Shown in pieces: positions 39,568-49,496 of a stretch of DNA of 64,000 nucleotides. Made by a program: the position numbers and the translations under genes. The DNA comes from Promethearchaeota archaeon (lineage in GTDB: Archaea > Asgardarchaeota > Lokiarchaeia > Sigyniarchaeales > SOKP01). How positions within the stretch are numbered: position 1 is the first letter of the stretch; every line of letters begins with the position of its first letter. A model generated the notes under the pieces. The model made no database searches. It was not told the DNA's origin and saw only the letters and a list, made by a program, of their open reading frames with translations. The stretch is from assembly GCA_019894975.1 (NCBI GenBank), contig JAGXNO010000003.1, positions 64,001-128,000 of the forward strand, given 5' to 3'.

Positions 39568-40062
39568 TTATACTTCTGATAATTGTCCTTTGCTCCTATT
39601 TCTACGAACAATAAACAATAGAGCAATTATTGAAATTCCCAGAATCAATAATAATCCAGAATACCCCGGAATTCCTGAACCATTGGAAGATCCACAGGTA
39701 CCTCCACCCACTACAATACACTCTGTTACAGTACCTCCTTGATTGCATGTAGCACTAGCTTGAATTCTAGCGCCATTATTGGCAGTTACATTATATTGAT
39801 AGGTAAATAAAATTGAACTTGGCTGACTTGTGTACGTCTCACTTACAGTTGTAGTTCCATTAACTTCAATCACTACGGATAATACAAAATGATTACTTGG
39901 ATTAGATACAGAATGAGAAATTGTAGCATTTAGCTTATTAGTGTTTGAATTATAGAATAAAACAATCCCACTTGGGGGATGAGCTTTTACACTGTCAATT
40001 CTGGAAGTTGCACTCACAATAAAGAGGAGTATCAGGATATAGTAAAATTTTCGTTTAGACAT
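39568..40062 (-). CDS. Secreted protein with Loki-CTERM anchor (His/Cys-rich, possibly metal-binding)
   Basis: Signal peptide ending VKA-HPP; H...NH...CNQGG; C-terminal IPGY + TM + RRNR. Confidence 0.7.
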   Translation of the reverse strand: MSKRKFYYILILLFIVSATSRIDSVKAHPPSGIVLFYNSNTNKLNATISHSVSNPSNHFVLSVVIEVNGTTTVSETYTSQPSSILFTYQYNVTANNGARIQASATCNQGGTVTECIVVGGGTCGSSNGSGIPGYSGLLLILGISIIALLFIVRRNRSKGQLSEV

Positions 40063-40214
40063 TTTCTTAACACTTTGTAATTATATCCGTATTGGGATTA
40101 AATTCAGTATCCCCATATTTAATACTTTACCTTAAAAAAAAAGGAAAATGAATTCCAAGAATAGTATGTGTACCTTAAGTTATCATTTTTGATATTATAT
40201 CTATTATTTAAGAT

Positions 40215-40952
40215 TTATCGAGGGATTAATTCTTGGTTGTTAAGTACGATAAGTGAAAGGGGGATTACCCAAATTAAAATTGAGAAGAGTAACAACCATT
40301 CCAATAAAGGAGTGCTTTCTATTAAATTCAGTACAGCCGTAGTTAATGGGCCAAAGATTCCATAGATTCCTAGTAATTTGGGGATCTTAGTATTATATAA
40401 AACAATTAACCACCCCATAAAAAATGCACCAAATGTAAAACCACCAAATGCTAAATAAGACATAATACCGTGTGGTCCTTCTCCTAAAATCGATAAAAAA
40501 TCGTAATCTCTATCAGCAGAGAAAATTCCAACACCAATATATCCAAGATTGCCCATAATACTAAATAAGAAAGCGAAACTGCTCAATCGAAAACGTAATC
40601 TTGAATAATGTTGACTATTATCTGTGGTTCGTTTAGGTAAAGGGGCAAGTAAATTCTCCATATAGAACGTAAGTGGTATAGTCATAGTTCCTGCTATTAT
40701 GCACGCAATATCATATAAGAATGGAGCCGGAGTATGGTCGGAAGAACCTAGATCAGAAATCCAGTTGTCCCAAATAGTATAACTGTCAGGATCAAGAGAA
40801 TATGCAACGATAACGCCAATTATCAGTAAAATTATATATCCGATCATTACACAAAACGCAGAGATTTTTACTATCTTAAAATCTGTTACAAAACTGTAAA
40901 ATCTGGCTCGAATTTGATTTATTGATCTCCGAATTGACATAGATGATTTCAT
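40215..40952 (-). CDS. DUF998-like membrane protein
   Basis: NWISDLG, GVGIFS and PHG motifs; about 6 TM segments. Confidence 0.65.
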   Translation of the reverse strand: MKSSMSIRRSINQIRARFYSFVTDFKIVKISAFCVMIGYIILLIIGVIVAYSLDPDSYTIWDNWISDLGSSDHTPAPFLYDIACIIAGTMTIPLTFYMENLLAPLPKRTTDNSQHYSRLRFRLSSFAFLFSIMGNLGYIGVGIFSADRDYDFLSILGEGPHGIMSYLAFGGFTFGAFFMGWLIVLYNTKIPKLLGIYGIFGPLTTAVLNLIESTPLLEWLLLFSILIWVIPLSLIVLNNQELIPR

Positions 40953-41130
40953 AATTCATTTATTTTAAAGATAATGGTATTCGATAAGGTTTCTTATTAA
41001 TTTTTTCCTTTTTATCAAGAATATAATCCGTTTATGTCGTATTTAGGAAATCTTTTTATAGAGATGTGATCTATTTTGATAATAATCACAGAAAAAATAT
41101 CTGATTCTTAAAGTATTAAAGGCTTGTCAG

Positions 41131-42726
41131 ATGCAAAAAACGAAGATAAATCCAAAAGAGATTTTTGAAAGAAATAAAGAATTTGGAGCAAAAAATTCAG
41201 CAAGCATGTTAACAGAAATAATAGAATCAGATACGGATACGAATAAAAGAAAAGAAGCTATTAAATACTTAGCACTAATCAGCAATAATTTTATGGATAT
41301 AAGAGAAGAGTGTTATGAAATCTTTGAGAATTTATTAATATCTGATGACATTGTCGGTATTAAATGTGAAGCAGCTAAAGCTTTAGGTAGAATTAAGCAT
41401 GAAAAAGGTTTAAAGCCTCTAAAATGGGTGTTAGAACAGAAAAAAGTTGATAATCAAATAAAACTGTCGGCTTTGAAGGCATTAAGTAAAATTAGATTTC
41501 AGGAACCAGAAATTCAGCTTTTTATTAATGAGTTAGAAAATAATTCTAATGCAATAAAAGACTTTGTAACAATCCAATTGCTTAGCTTAAATCCTGAAGA
41601 ACTCATTGGTTTGTTAATAAATTCATTAGAAGTTAAACCCTTTTCAAATGAACATAAGGCAGAAATAATAAAATTAATTGGGTATGAAGTATCAAGTATT
41701 AATGTTTCTTATGAAGATTTAAGCTACATCGAAGTAAAATATCCAGAATTAAAAACTAATTTAATTGAAAAAAAAGGTCTTTTACTTGAAGTTATTACCT
41801 TAGTTTTGAAGGAAGAAGATGTGGATCTTCTGAACTCTGTTATAACAATCCTAAACTTAATTAAAGAAGATATTGAAAATGATTTAATTCGGTTGTTATT
41901 ATTAGATGATTTCATAGTAAAAAAGAACGCCATTATCTTATGTGGGAAATTAAAACTTAAGAAATCTGTTGATTTACTCATAATAAATTTAGATAACATG
42001 TATAATGAAGTTAGTATTGCATCCATTGAAGCTTTGGGTGAGATTGGAGATATTTCCGCGGTACCTGAACTCTTAGATATATTGGATATCGAAGATATCA
42101 GTTTTGAATATACAGATTTAGATATGAAGCTATATATTTTGGATGCTATAAAAAAGATTTATTCAAGTAATCAAAATGCGTCATATGAATATTTATATGC
42201 CAGCCTAAAAAAAGATAACAATACAATACAAGAAAGCGTGGCTTTCATATTAGGGGAAATTGGTAAAAATGAATTTGTAAAACCTTTAGTTGAATTATTA
42301 GATATTAGAAATTTAGACATTAGAAAGAATACTATAATTGCATTAGGTAAAGTAGGAGATGTAGGTTCTATCAACAATTTAACCACCATCTTGGAGGATG
42401 ATAGTTCTTATTGGCTCATAAAGAAGGTGGCTGTTGATGCAATTTTTAATATAATACAAACCAATTGGTACAAAGTAAAAGATGGTGAAAATGAAGTAAA
42501 AAGGCTATTAAGTAAGGAGATAGCAAGACTAATCGATCATTTAGGAAATAAACCTGAGGAAAACTTCAAGGTAAAAATAAGTCTAATAAAGTTATTAGAA
42601 ACTTACGGCGATAAACATGCTTTAAGCGCATTACTCAATAGAGTTAATGATTTTCATAGAGTTGTCAGAATTCGAGTTTCTAATGCCATAAAGAAAATAG
42701 AGGAAAGACTTGAATTAGAGAATTAA
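41131..42726 (+). CDS. HEAT/PBS-lyase repeat protein
   Basis: Repeated AAKALGRI, IEALGEIGD, AFILGEIG and IIALGKVGD units. Confidence 0.85.
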   Translation: MQKTKINPKEIFERNKEFGAKNSASMLTEIIESDTDTNKRKEAIKYLALISNNFMDIREECYEIFENLLISDDIVGIKCEAAKALGRIKHEKGLKPLKWVLEQKKVDNQIKLSALKALSKIRFQEPEIQLFINELENNSNAIKDFVTIQLLSLNPEELIGLLINSLEVKPFSNEHKAEIIKLIGYEVSSINVSYEDLSYIEVKYPELKTNLIEKKGLLLEVITLVLKEEDVDLLNSVITILNLIKEDIENDLIRLLLLDDFIVKKNAIILCGKLKLKKSVDLLIINLDNMYNEVSIASIEALGEIGDISAVPELLDILDIEDISFEYTDLDMKLYILDAIKKIYSSNQNASYEYLYASLKKDNNTIQESVAFILGEIGKNEFVKPLVELLDIRNLDIRKNTIIALGKVGDVGSINNLTTILEDDSSYWLIKKVAVDAIFNIIQTNWYKVKDGENEVKRLLSKEIARLIDHLGNKPEENFKVKISLIKLLETYGDKHALSALLNRVNDFHRVVRIRVSNAIKKIEERLELEN

Positions 42727-42877
42727 CACTAATTTTACTAACTAAAAGTAAATTAAAATTTATAATCCTTCGAAAAGGTACAATGTTTAAATAGGATTAT
42801 TGACACAATCATTTAATTTCTGTAAGAAATTACAATGAAATTCAAATGTTGAAATGTAATCTAAAGGTGATATTGCA

Positions 42878-43507
42878 ATAAAAATATTTAGCAAAAAAAT
42901 ACCGATTTTTGCAATCTTTCTGCTCTGCATAATAACATTCCTATCCAGTTTTCCATTAAATGTAGCAGGTGCTTATTTAGTGAATGTAGGTGACGAATGG
43001 ACATATATGACAAAACGGCAAGGTATTTCTCAAGGCACCGAGGGGATAAATGTAACTCACGTACCCAGTCCTCCAGAACTTGTCCGTGGAGATATTTATG
43101 TAAACGGTACAGCGACATTTTTCAATCAAACGTTAGATAATGAATTCTTATTTAATGAGACCATGATAACCGCGTTGATGGTCAATTACTCTACAAAAAC
43201 TAGAAGTTATGCGGGGGTACCATGTGAATGTGTTTATATTCCCACAGAAAGGGGAGGATATTGGATGATCGACACTACAACGGGTATAGTAGTTGAGATT
43301 TATAGCGTTAACCTTCTTTTTTTCATTGAGGAATTTATTAAAGTTCATACGTGGGTTATCTCTTGGTCAGTTACAGACATTCCAGAAGATCCAAGAGAAC
43401 CTTCAGTTGGTGGTACTGAAGCTGTTCCCGGTTATGATATTTTATTCACTATCGGAATAATTGCGGTTATATCAACTCTAATAACAATAAGACTTAAAAA
43501 AAAATAA
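42878..43507 (+). CDS. Secreted protein with Loki-CTERM anchor; probable ATA/ATT start
   Basis: In-frame signal peptide IKIFSKKIPIFAIFLLCIITFLSSFPLNVAGAY upstream of the track GTG (42980), bounded by TAA 42857; C-terminal VPGY + TM + KKK. Confidence 0.7.
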   Translation: MKIFSKKIPIFAIFLLCIITFLSSFPLNVAGAYLVNVGDEWTYMTKRQGISQGTEGINVTHVPSPPELVRGDIYVNGTATFFNQTLDNEFLFNETMITALMVNYSTKTRSYAGVPCECVYIPTERGGYWMIDTTTGIVVEIYSVNLLFFIEEFIKVHTWVISWSVTDIPEDPREPSVGGTEAVPGYDILFTIGIIAVISTLITIRLKKK

Positions 43508-43671
43508 CATAAGATCTTATTTCATTTTATTTTAATTTAATTTTTGACTTAAATTTCAAAAAATAGATACCTCTATCTATTAATTAATAATCTTTTTTTA
43601 CAAAAATCCATTCAATTTAATTAATTATCATCAATAAATGAAACATATTATAGAGATTACTGGAAATTAAC

Positions 43672-45174
43672 ATGACAGAGAATAATACAGAAAAAATCGA
43701 AACTCAATATGATTATTCCTTTGAGTATATTCAGAAGAAGCTTGAAGGCAAGAAAGATAGCTTCGGAATGCTCATGAAAGAGATCGTTCGCACAGGAGTC
43801 TGCACCGAATGTGGAACTTGTGCGGCTGTTTGCCCTGTTTTAGAATGGGATCATGTTACAGCACAACCAAAATTAACGGGTAAATGCACTGGCTGTGGTA
43901 TTTGCTATAATCAATGTCCTCGAACTATCACCGACCCTTATGTCTTGATGGGGCAATTCGGTACAGGTTATGTTGCAAACACTAATATTCCAGAAGTTAT
44001 CGGAGGTCAGGATGGAGGAACTGTAACAAGTATCCTTTGTTATTTATTTGATGAACATTTAATTGATGCGGCGATAGTAACAATGAAGGATCCCAGTAAA
44101 CCATGGCATCCCGTTGCACAAATTATTACAAGTAAGGATGATGCAATTAAATCTTCAGGATCTATTTATAGTCATTCCCAAACAGTGGAAGCGTTGATGG
44201 ATGCTATTAGACAGGATTTCAGATCAATAGCATTCGTAGGTACCCCTTGTAATATAGATGCTGTGAAAAAGATGTTTGATAGTCCAACAGGAATGTTAAA
44301 ATATTTCATGCGTGCTCACGTGCTCTCTATAGGATTATTCTGCATGGATTCATTTGCTCCTGAAGCTATTTATCCATTTTTCGAAAAAGATGGTATAGAC
44401 TTATCAAAAGTGCAGAAAATGGATATTAATAAAGGTAAATTTCACGTATACTATGATCCAGAGGCAGAACCTATAAAGTCCTACACTATCAAACAATTAG
44501 ACAAATTCAAATCTTCAAGTTGTAATTTTTGTACAGATCTGACTGCTGAAAACGCGGACATATCAGTTGGTTCGGTAGGAAGCGGTGCTAAGAGGAATAC
44601 AGTCTTTGCGAGAAGCGGTCTTGGACGAGAAATTATGGAAGATGCTGCTGAGAAAGGATACTTGACAATAGAACCATTTAATGCGATTAACTTGAATGCT
44701 GTTTTATTCTTAGCTAAGCTTAAAAAGGTTGCGCAGTATAACATTCAAAAAAGAAAAGTCTTTATAGTGAGAGATACCGTTGAGGAAGAGGAGCCTAGAA
44801 TTGAAACAAAACCAGAGATTCAACAAGATTCTGTTAAATCACCTCTGGGTACAAGGAAATTTATTAGTGCTTCACAAACTTTAAAAGAAAGAGAAAAGGT
44901 AGTAACACTCTCCTTAACGAATACAATAGGTTATGTGCTAGAAGATCTTAAAATAAGAATTGTTACTGTCGAAGAGCTTTTTGAAAAAAGACCCTGGATT
45001 ACAACCATCAAGGAGTTATTCCCATTTGAAACAATTGAAATAGGATACCCTCTTGATGTCCCCGAAGGACAACCAATTGCCGCAAATATCTTAGTAGAAG
45101 CATCAACGGAATCTTTTGGAAAACTTTTTTCAAGAACATTTAAAGTTGCACCAACGGAAGAAAAAACTAAATAA
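43672..45174 (+). CDS. FrhB/FdhB-family protein with N-terminal ferredoxin and extra C-terminal domain
   Basis: CTECGTCAAVCP, CTGCGICYNQCP, QDGGTVT, VGTPC, GLFCMD, CNFCTD, ADISVG; ~130-aa C-terminal extension. Confidence 0.85.
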   Translation: MTENNTEKIETQYDYSFEYIQKKLEGKKDSFGMLMKEIVRTGVCTECGTCAAVCPVLEWDHVTAQPKLTGKCTGCGICYNQCPRTITDPYVLMGQFGTGYVANTNIPEVIGGQDGGTVTSILCYLFDEHLIDAAIVTMKDPSKPWHPVAQIITSKDDAIKSSGSIYSHSQTVEALMDAIRQDFRSIAFVGTPCNIDAVKKMFDSPTGMLKYFMRAHVLSIGLFCMDSFAPEAIYPFFEKDGIDLSKVQKMDINKGKFHVYYDPEAEPIKSYTIKQLDKFKSSSCNFCTDLTAENADISVGSVGSGAKRNTVFARSGLGREIMEDAAEKGYLTIEPFNAINLNAVLFLAKLKKVAQYNIQKRKVFIVRDTVEEEEPRIETKPEIQQDSVKSPLGTRKFISASQTLKEREKVVTLSLTNTIGYVLEDLKIRIVTVEELFEKRPWITTIKELFPFETIEIGYPLDVPEGQPIAANILVEASTESFGKLFSRTFKVAPTEEKTK

Positions 45175-45245
45175 ATTTTATTAGAAAAGTATAATGAATA
45201 TAATTATAGGAAAAAAATAAAAACAGAAAACTAAAAAGGTGAAAA

Positions 45246-46157
45246 ATAATTAAAATAGCTCTTATTGGACTTTCTGGATGTGGAAAAACAAGTGTATATT
45301 CTGTAGCGTTTGCTGCTAAAAGTCCTGAAGATACCAAAGGTTTAGCACCAACAATATTATATGAAACAAGAAGACATCCTTTTTTAGGTTTGCAAGTTGG
45401 AATCTTTGACTTCGGTGGACAAGATCAGTTTAGAAGCGAGTATTTAGCTAAACCTGAGATTTTCAGAGGTACCGATATCCTTATTCCTATCGTAGATTTA
45501 CATGAACCAAAGACCTTTGAGGATGCCAAACAATATTTTATAGATTTATTGGATCTCTATCGCAAAAATAATGAGAAACCTAAGATTTTCTTATTTCTCC
45601 ATAAGTACGATGTAGAAAATTACCAGAAAGAACTTCTCGATACTAATGTAAAAAATGCGAAGGAAATCTTTTTGGATTTGTTTAAGGACTATGATTTCGA
45701 TTTTATGCTCACAAGTATCTATGAACAAGATAAATTGGCTAAAGTATTTAGAGATATCTTAATCTCACAATATTCTGAATTAAAATCTCATGTAGAAAAA
45801 GCAGAAAAGCAATTAGATGACATTAAAGCAAAAGTTATTATTGCTGATATTTCTGGTAATGTAATTGTTCATAATGTTCAAGGTGTAAGTAGTGGACTGA
45901 CATTAAGGGGAGATTTAAGAGATTTTATTAATGCTTGTAATACGGTGAGAGAGAATATATTTATGTCAGATTCTGCAAAATTCAGTGGACGTAATGATGA
46001 CGGGAAAGATATAGAGCTTCATATCTTTAAGTATATCATATCTGTGCTTGTTATGAAAAGTAGCGATTTAGACAGAGATTCTCAAGATAAATTGAATATG
46101 TTATTGAATGATATGAAATTATTTGCGGATCTGATTATTTCAGCTCATTCAGATTAA
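45246..46157 (+). CDS. Rag/Gtr1-like small GTPase with C-terminal (roadblock-like?) domain; probable ATA/ATT start
   Basis: P-loop GLSGCGKT in frame upstream of the track start; DFGGQ, LHKYD and TSIY motifs. Confidence 0.8.
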   Translation: MIKIALIGLSGCGKTSVYSVAFAAKSPEDTKGLAPTILYETRRHPFLGLQVGIFDFGGQDQFRSEYLAKPEIFRGTDILIPIVDLHEPKTFEDAKQYFIDLLDLYRKNNEKPKIFLFLHKYDVENYQKELLDTNVKNAKEIFLDLFKDYDFDFMLTSIYEQDKLAKVFRDILISQYSELKSHVEKAEKQLDDIKAKVIIADISGNVIVHNVQGVSSGLTLRGDLRDFINACNTVRENIFMSDSAKFSGRNDDGKDIELHIFKYIISVLVMKSSDLDRDSQDKLNMLLNDMKLFADLIISAHSD

Positions 46158-46243
46158 TTAAATTGAACAAAAATATTTTTTACTCTTTTCTATTTTTTTA
46201 GTTTTTGATAAGATATAACATATTACTGTAGGTTGAGATTAGT

Positions 46244-46837
46244 TTGGTGAAAAGGTGTAATTGGGGTAATTATAACGATCAAATGAAAGAGTATCATGAT
46301 ACTGAATGGGGTGTTCCTGTGCATGATGACCGTCTTCTTTTTGAATTTCTGACATTAGAAGGAGCTCAAGCAGGTCTAAGTTGGAATACGATATTGCAAA
46401 AGCGTGAGAACTTTAGAGAAGCTTTTGATAATTTTGATTATAATAAAATAGCTGCATACGGTGAAAAAAAAGTAGAAGAATTGCTTAATAATGCGGGGAT
46501 TATAAGGAATAGACTAAAAATTGAATCCACAATCGTAAATGCTAAGGTTTTATTAAAAGTACTAGAAGAGTTTGGTTCTTTCGATAATTACATATGGGAA
46601 TTCATAGATAACAATCCCATTATAAATAAATTTAAGACATTAGAAGAATTACCCCCAAAAACGGAGCAATCAGAGCGAATTAGCAAAGCTCTAAAGAAGC
46701 GTGGATTCAAATTTGTTGGACCAACGATAATTTATAGTTTCATGCAAGCTGTAGGAATGATAAATGATCACACAATTGATTGCTTTAGATACGAAGAAAT
46801 AAATCAAATTATAAGAAAAAGTGTCTATATTAAGTAG
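46244..46837 (+). CDS. tag: DNA-3-methyladenine glycosylase I
   Basis: RCNW, YHDTEWG, LEGAQAGLSW, FKFVGPT and NDHTIDC motifs. Confidence 0.95.
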   Translation: MVKRCNWGNYNDQMKEYHDTEWGVPVHDDRLLFEFLTLEGAQAGLSWNTILQKRENFREAFDNFDYNKIAAYGEKKVEELLNNAGIIRNRLKIESTIVNAKVLLKVLEEFGSFDNYIWEFIDNNPIINKFKTLEELPPKTEQSERISKALKKRGFKFVGPTIIYSFMQAVGMINDHTIDCFRYEEINQIIRKSVYIK

Positions 46838-47216
46838 CTTCATTTTCAATAACTGAATATTTCTCAACCATTGTAATCAATGTATTTAAGTCAATGGGTT
46901 TCTCTAAAAAATCAATAGCACCTATTTCTAAAGCCTTTTTTTTTATTGTGTAATCAGCACTTACGAAAATGATTTTAATATCAGGACTGATACTAAGAAT
47001 TTCCTCTGTTGTCTCTAATCCATTTTTTACAGGCATTCGATGGTCCATTAGAATAAGATTGGGTTTATTTGCAATCTCTTTAAAGATATTGATTGCTTCC
47101 TCTCCATTATATGCTTTTGCAACAACTTCATGTCCTTCTATAACTAAAAATTGCTCGAATAGCAAAACCACATCTGTATCATCATCGATTATAAAGATCT
47201 TAGTTATTTTGAACAC
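46830..47216 (-). CDS. Stand-alone response regulator receiver domain
   Basis: IIDDD, LMDHRMPVKNG, VSA and EKP motifs. Confidence 0.9.
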   Translation of the reverse strand: MFKITKIFIIDDDTDVVLLFEQFLVIEGHEVVAKAYNGEEAINIFKEIANKPNLILMDHRMPVKNGLETTEEILSISPDIKIIFVSADYTIKKKALEIGAIDFLEKPIDLNTLITMVEKYSVIENEAT

Positions 47217-47225
47217 ATCACCTGT

Positions 47226-48128
47226 TTAAAGCTCTCTTATCTCCTTTATAAGTTTAGCCGATTCCTTACATTTTTGATTAATTAACTCTAAGTTAGATTT
47301 CTCTTGACTAGTCAAATTTGCACTTAAATTGATTAGTTCTGAAGAGCTCTTAATAACCTGCATAATATTTCCCAAATTATGAGAATACTTATCTTTCAAA
47401 ACATACTTCTCTCTAGAAGAAATAGTGTATTCAAGATGAACGAGTAAAATTATGAGAATAACTGAAGAACTAATAGACGGAACATAATAAAGCACTATAA
47501 GTAATGTATCTTCAGCATTGTACAACCCATAATTATAGCCCGATAAAAAACTTATAGCTGAAATGGGAAAATAACTAATAAATAGAAATACAATTGCATA
47601 ATACCATCTTATACTTTTTCCCATATATTTGACAAATTCTTTCCTTTTTATTGGAGGTACAATATAACCGATTAATAGTAAAATATAAACAAGGAACACC
47701 GAAAATAGCATTGTAAGTGTAAAACCAATTATAATATATAGTAAAAGGGGTAACGAGAATGATAATATCACTAAAAATGTAAATAGTCTAAGAGGTACAA
47801 TCATATAATAAGTAAAAAAACCCCAAGTATAAAAACCAAAACCACCGAGAGCAAATGTTACATTTAAGACAAGATAAAATTCCTTTAAACCATTTACTTC
47901 GGTCATATCTGCAAGGATAGGAAAAATGTTTGCTACTATCCAAAATAACCAACTGAATATAAATAGTAAAAATTTACTATCCCTTGAATCGTGAAAAAAT
48001 TCAATTGAAACTGCTAATCCTATTACTCTTATAAAAATAAACATAACCAAACATAATAATACAAGATCATTCATTTCTTCTAACCTTAAAAGATAATAGC
48101 TGATATCGATGGAAGCTTTAGGGAACAA
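47226..48128 (-). CDS. Multi-TM sensor-like protein ending in a HisKA/DHp-like segment (no HATPase domain)
   Basis: About 7 TM segments, then YSHNLGNIMQVI H-box-like motif and a stop about 45 aa later. Confidence 0.55.
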   Translation of the reverse strand: MFPKASIDISYYLLRLEEMNDLVLLCLVMFIFIRVIGLAVSIEFFHDSRDSKFLLFIFSWLFWIVANIFPILADMTEVNGLKEFYLVLNVTFALGGFGFYTWGFFTYYMIVPLRLFTFLVILSFSLPLLLYIIIGFTLTMLFSVFLVYILLLIGYIVPPIKRKEFVKYMGKSIRWYYAIVFLFISYFPISAISFLSGYNYGLYNAEDTLLIVLYYVPSISSSVILIILLVHLEYTISSREKYVLKDKYSHNLGNIMQVIKSSSELINLSANLTSQEKSNLELINQKCKESAKLIKEIREL

Positions 48129-48279
48129 ATTCTTCTGTTTCTAATGTAAAATATAATAGAATTTGTATTTAATTATTCTCAGTTCAATTACTAATTTGTA
48201 AAAATGTATATAGTTGAAGTTTATTGAGAATTTAATAAGTAGATTTTTATTTATGTTAGATAGAATGTAAAGTGATTAT

Positions 48280-48465
48280 ATGAGATGTGAGGGTTGTTTA
48301 AAGCAAGAAAATTTATATATGTGCTTTTTTACAGACAAAACAAAAGAAATCTATTACTGTGCTAAATGTTTAGGTAAGTTGTTAATAGAAGATCCGTATC
48401 CAATTTATAATATGAGCAAACTTCAATTCACTTGGAAAAAAACGGAAGTTGCTAAAAATGAATAG
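48280..48465 (+). CDS. Small putative zinc-finger protein
   Basis: CEGC...CAKC; GTGA upstream. Confidence 0.5.
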   Translation: MRCEGCLKQENLYMCFFTDKTKEIYYCAKCLGKLLIEDPYPIYNMSKLQFTWKKTEVAKNE

Positions 48466-48500
48466 AGCTAATTTCTGTTTCTATTTTAGACAATTTGAGA

Positions 48501-49229
48501 TTAATCACTATTTAAAATCAAACTATGTAAATCATCGAGAGTTCCTTTGTAAGTAGGCTCTGGAATATTAATATCCACCTTAGTATAGGGGCTATTAATC
48601 AAGAAAGTGTGAATCCCTAAGCGTGCTGAAATAAGATCCCTAGCTTCATCACCCACCATAAGACAGGCTTCTGGGGGATGGTTTATACGATCGAGAATTT
48701 GTTCATAATAAAGTAAATTTGATACTGATTTGGTGGCATAACTGTTTTCCAAGGTGGTGATCAAAAGGTAAGGAAAGTCTGCCACCCCTGCCCATTCTAG
48801 GCGTTGTTTAATGGCAATTGCGGGGAGAAGAGGAGTGGTTGCAATGACAACATCATAACCCTTATTAAAGGCAGTTTGAACAACTCTGCGTGCATCTGGT
48901 TTTCTTTGAGCATGTTGGCGTAATAGGGAAAAACCATCTTCATAAAATTTAGTAATTAACGGTTGAAGTTCTTCTTGAGAATGACCCTCTAAAGGGAAAA
49001 AGACACTTTCATATAATTCCTCATTTGATTTTTGTCCATTATTCTTTTCTACTACCTTTAAAGCTTTCAATATTTTAGATATAAACTTTTTTGGAGGTAC
49101 AAGGTGAGCAACTCGCTGAGCTAAAAGATTTAAGTATTGAAATATAAATTTATCTAACTTAATTTCAAGGAGAGTGCCATCTAAATCAAAAAGTATAGCT
49201 TTGATATTCTTGTGAAGAGAATCCTTCAT
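48501..49229 (-). CDS. HAD-superfamily hydrolase
   Basis: FDLDGTL, IAT, K and MVGD motifs. Confidence 0.9.
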   Translation of the reverse strand: MKDSLHKNIKAILFDLDGTLLEIKLDKFIFQYLNLLAQRVAHLVPPKKFISKILKALKVVEKNNGQKSNEELYESVFFPLEGHSQEELQPLITKFYEDGFSLLRQHAQRKPDARRVVQTAFNKGYDVVIATTPLLPAIAIKQRLEWAGVADFPYLLITTLENSYATKSVSNLLYYEQILDRINHPPEACLMVGDEARDLISARLGIHTFLINSPYTKVDINIPEPTYKGTLDDLHSLILNSD

Positions 49230-49496
49230 TCTATCATTGCACAGGTTATTTTTTTTCTATAATAATTATTGATAGGAATTTCACCTATTTACTTTTTCGC
49301 AATTCATAGGATTCAATTCATAGAAATATGCAATGAACGAAAGGAAAAAAAAATGTTAACAAATATGATAAAAAATCTTAAATAAAAAAAGGACTTTCCT
49401 ATATCGTCAAACCTTAACAAATGAAATAAAAAGTTTTTATTTTTATCTATCTTTTAATACAATTAATATAAAAAATTACAATTATTCTGTTTAGAC

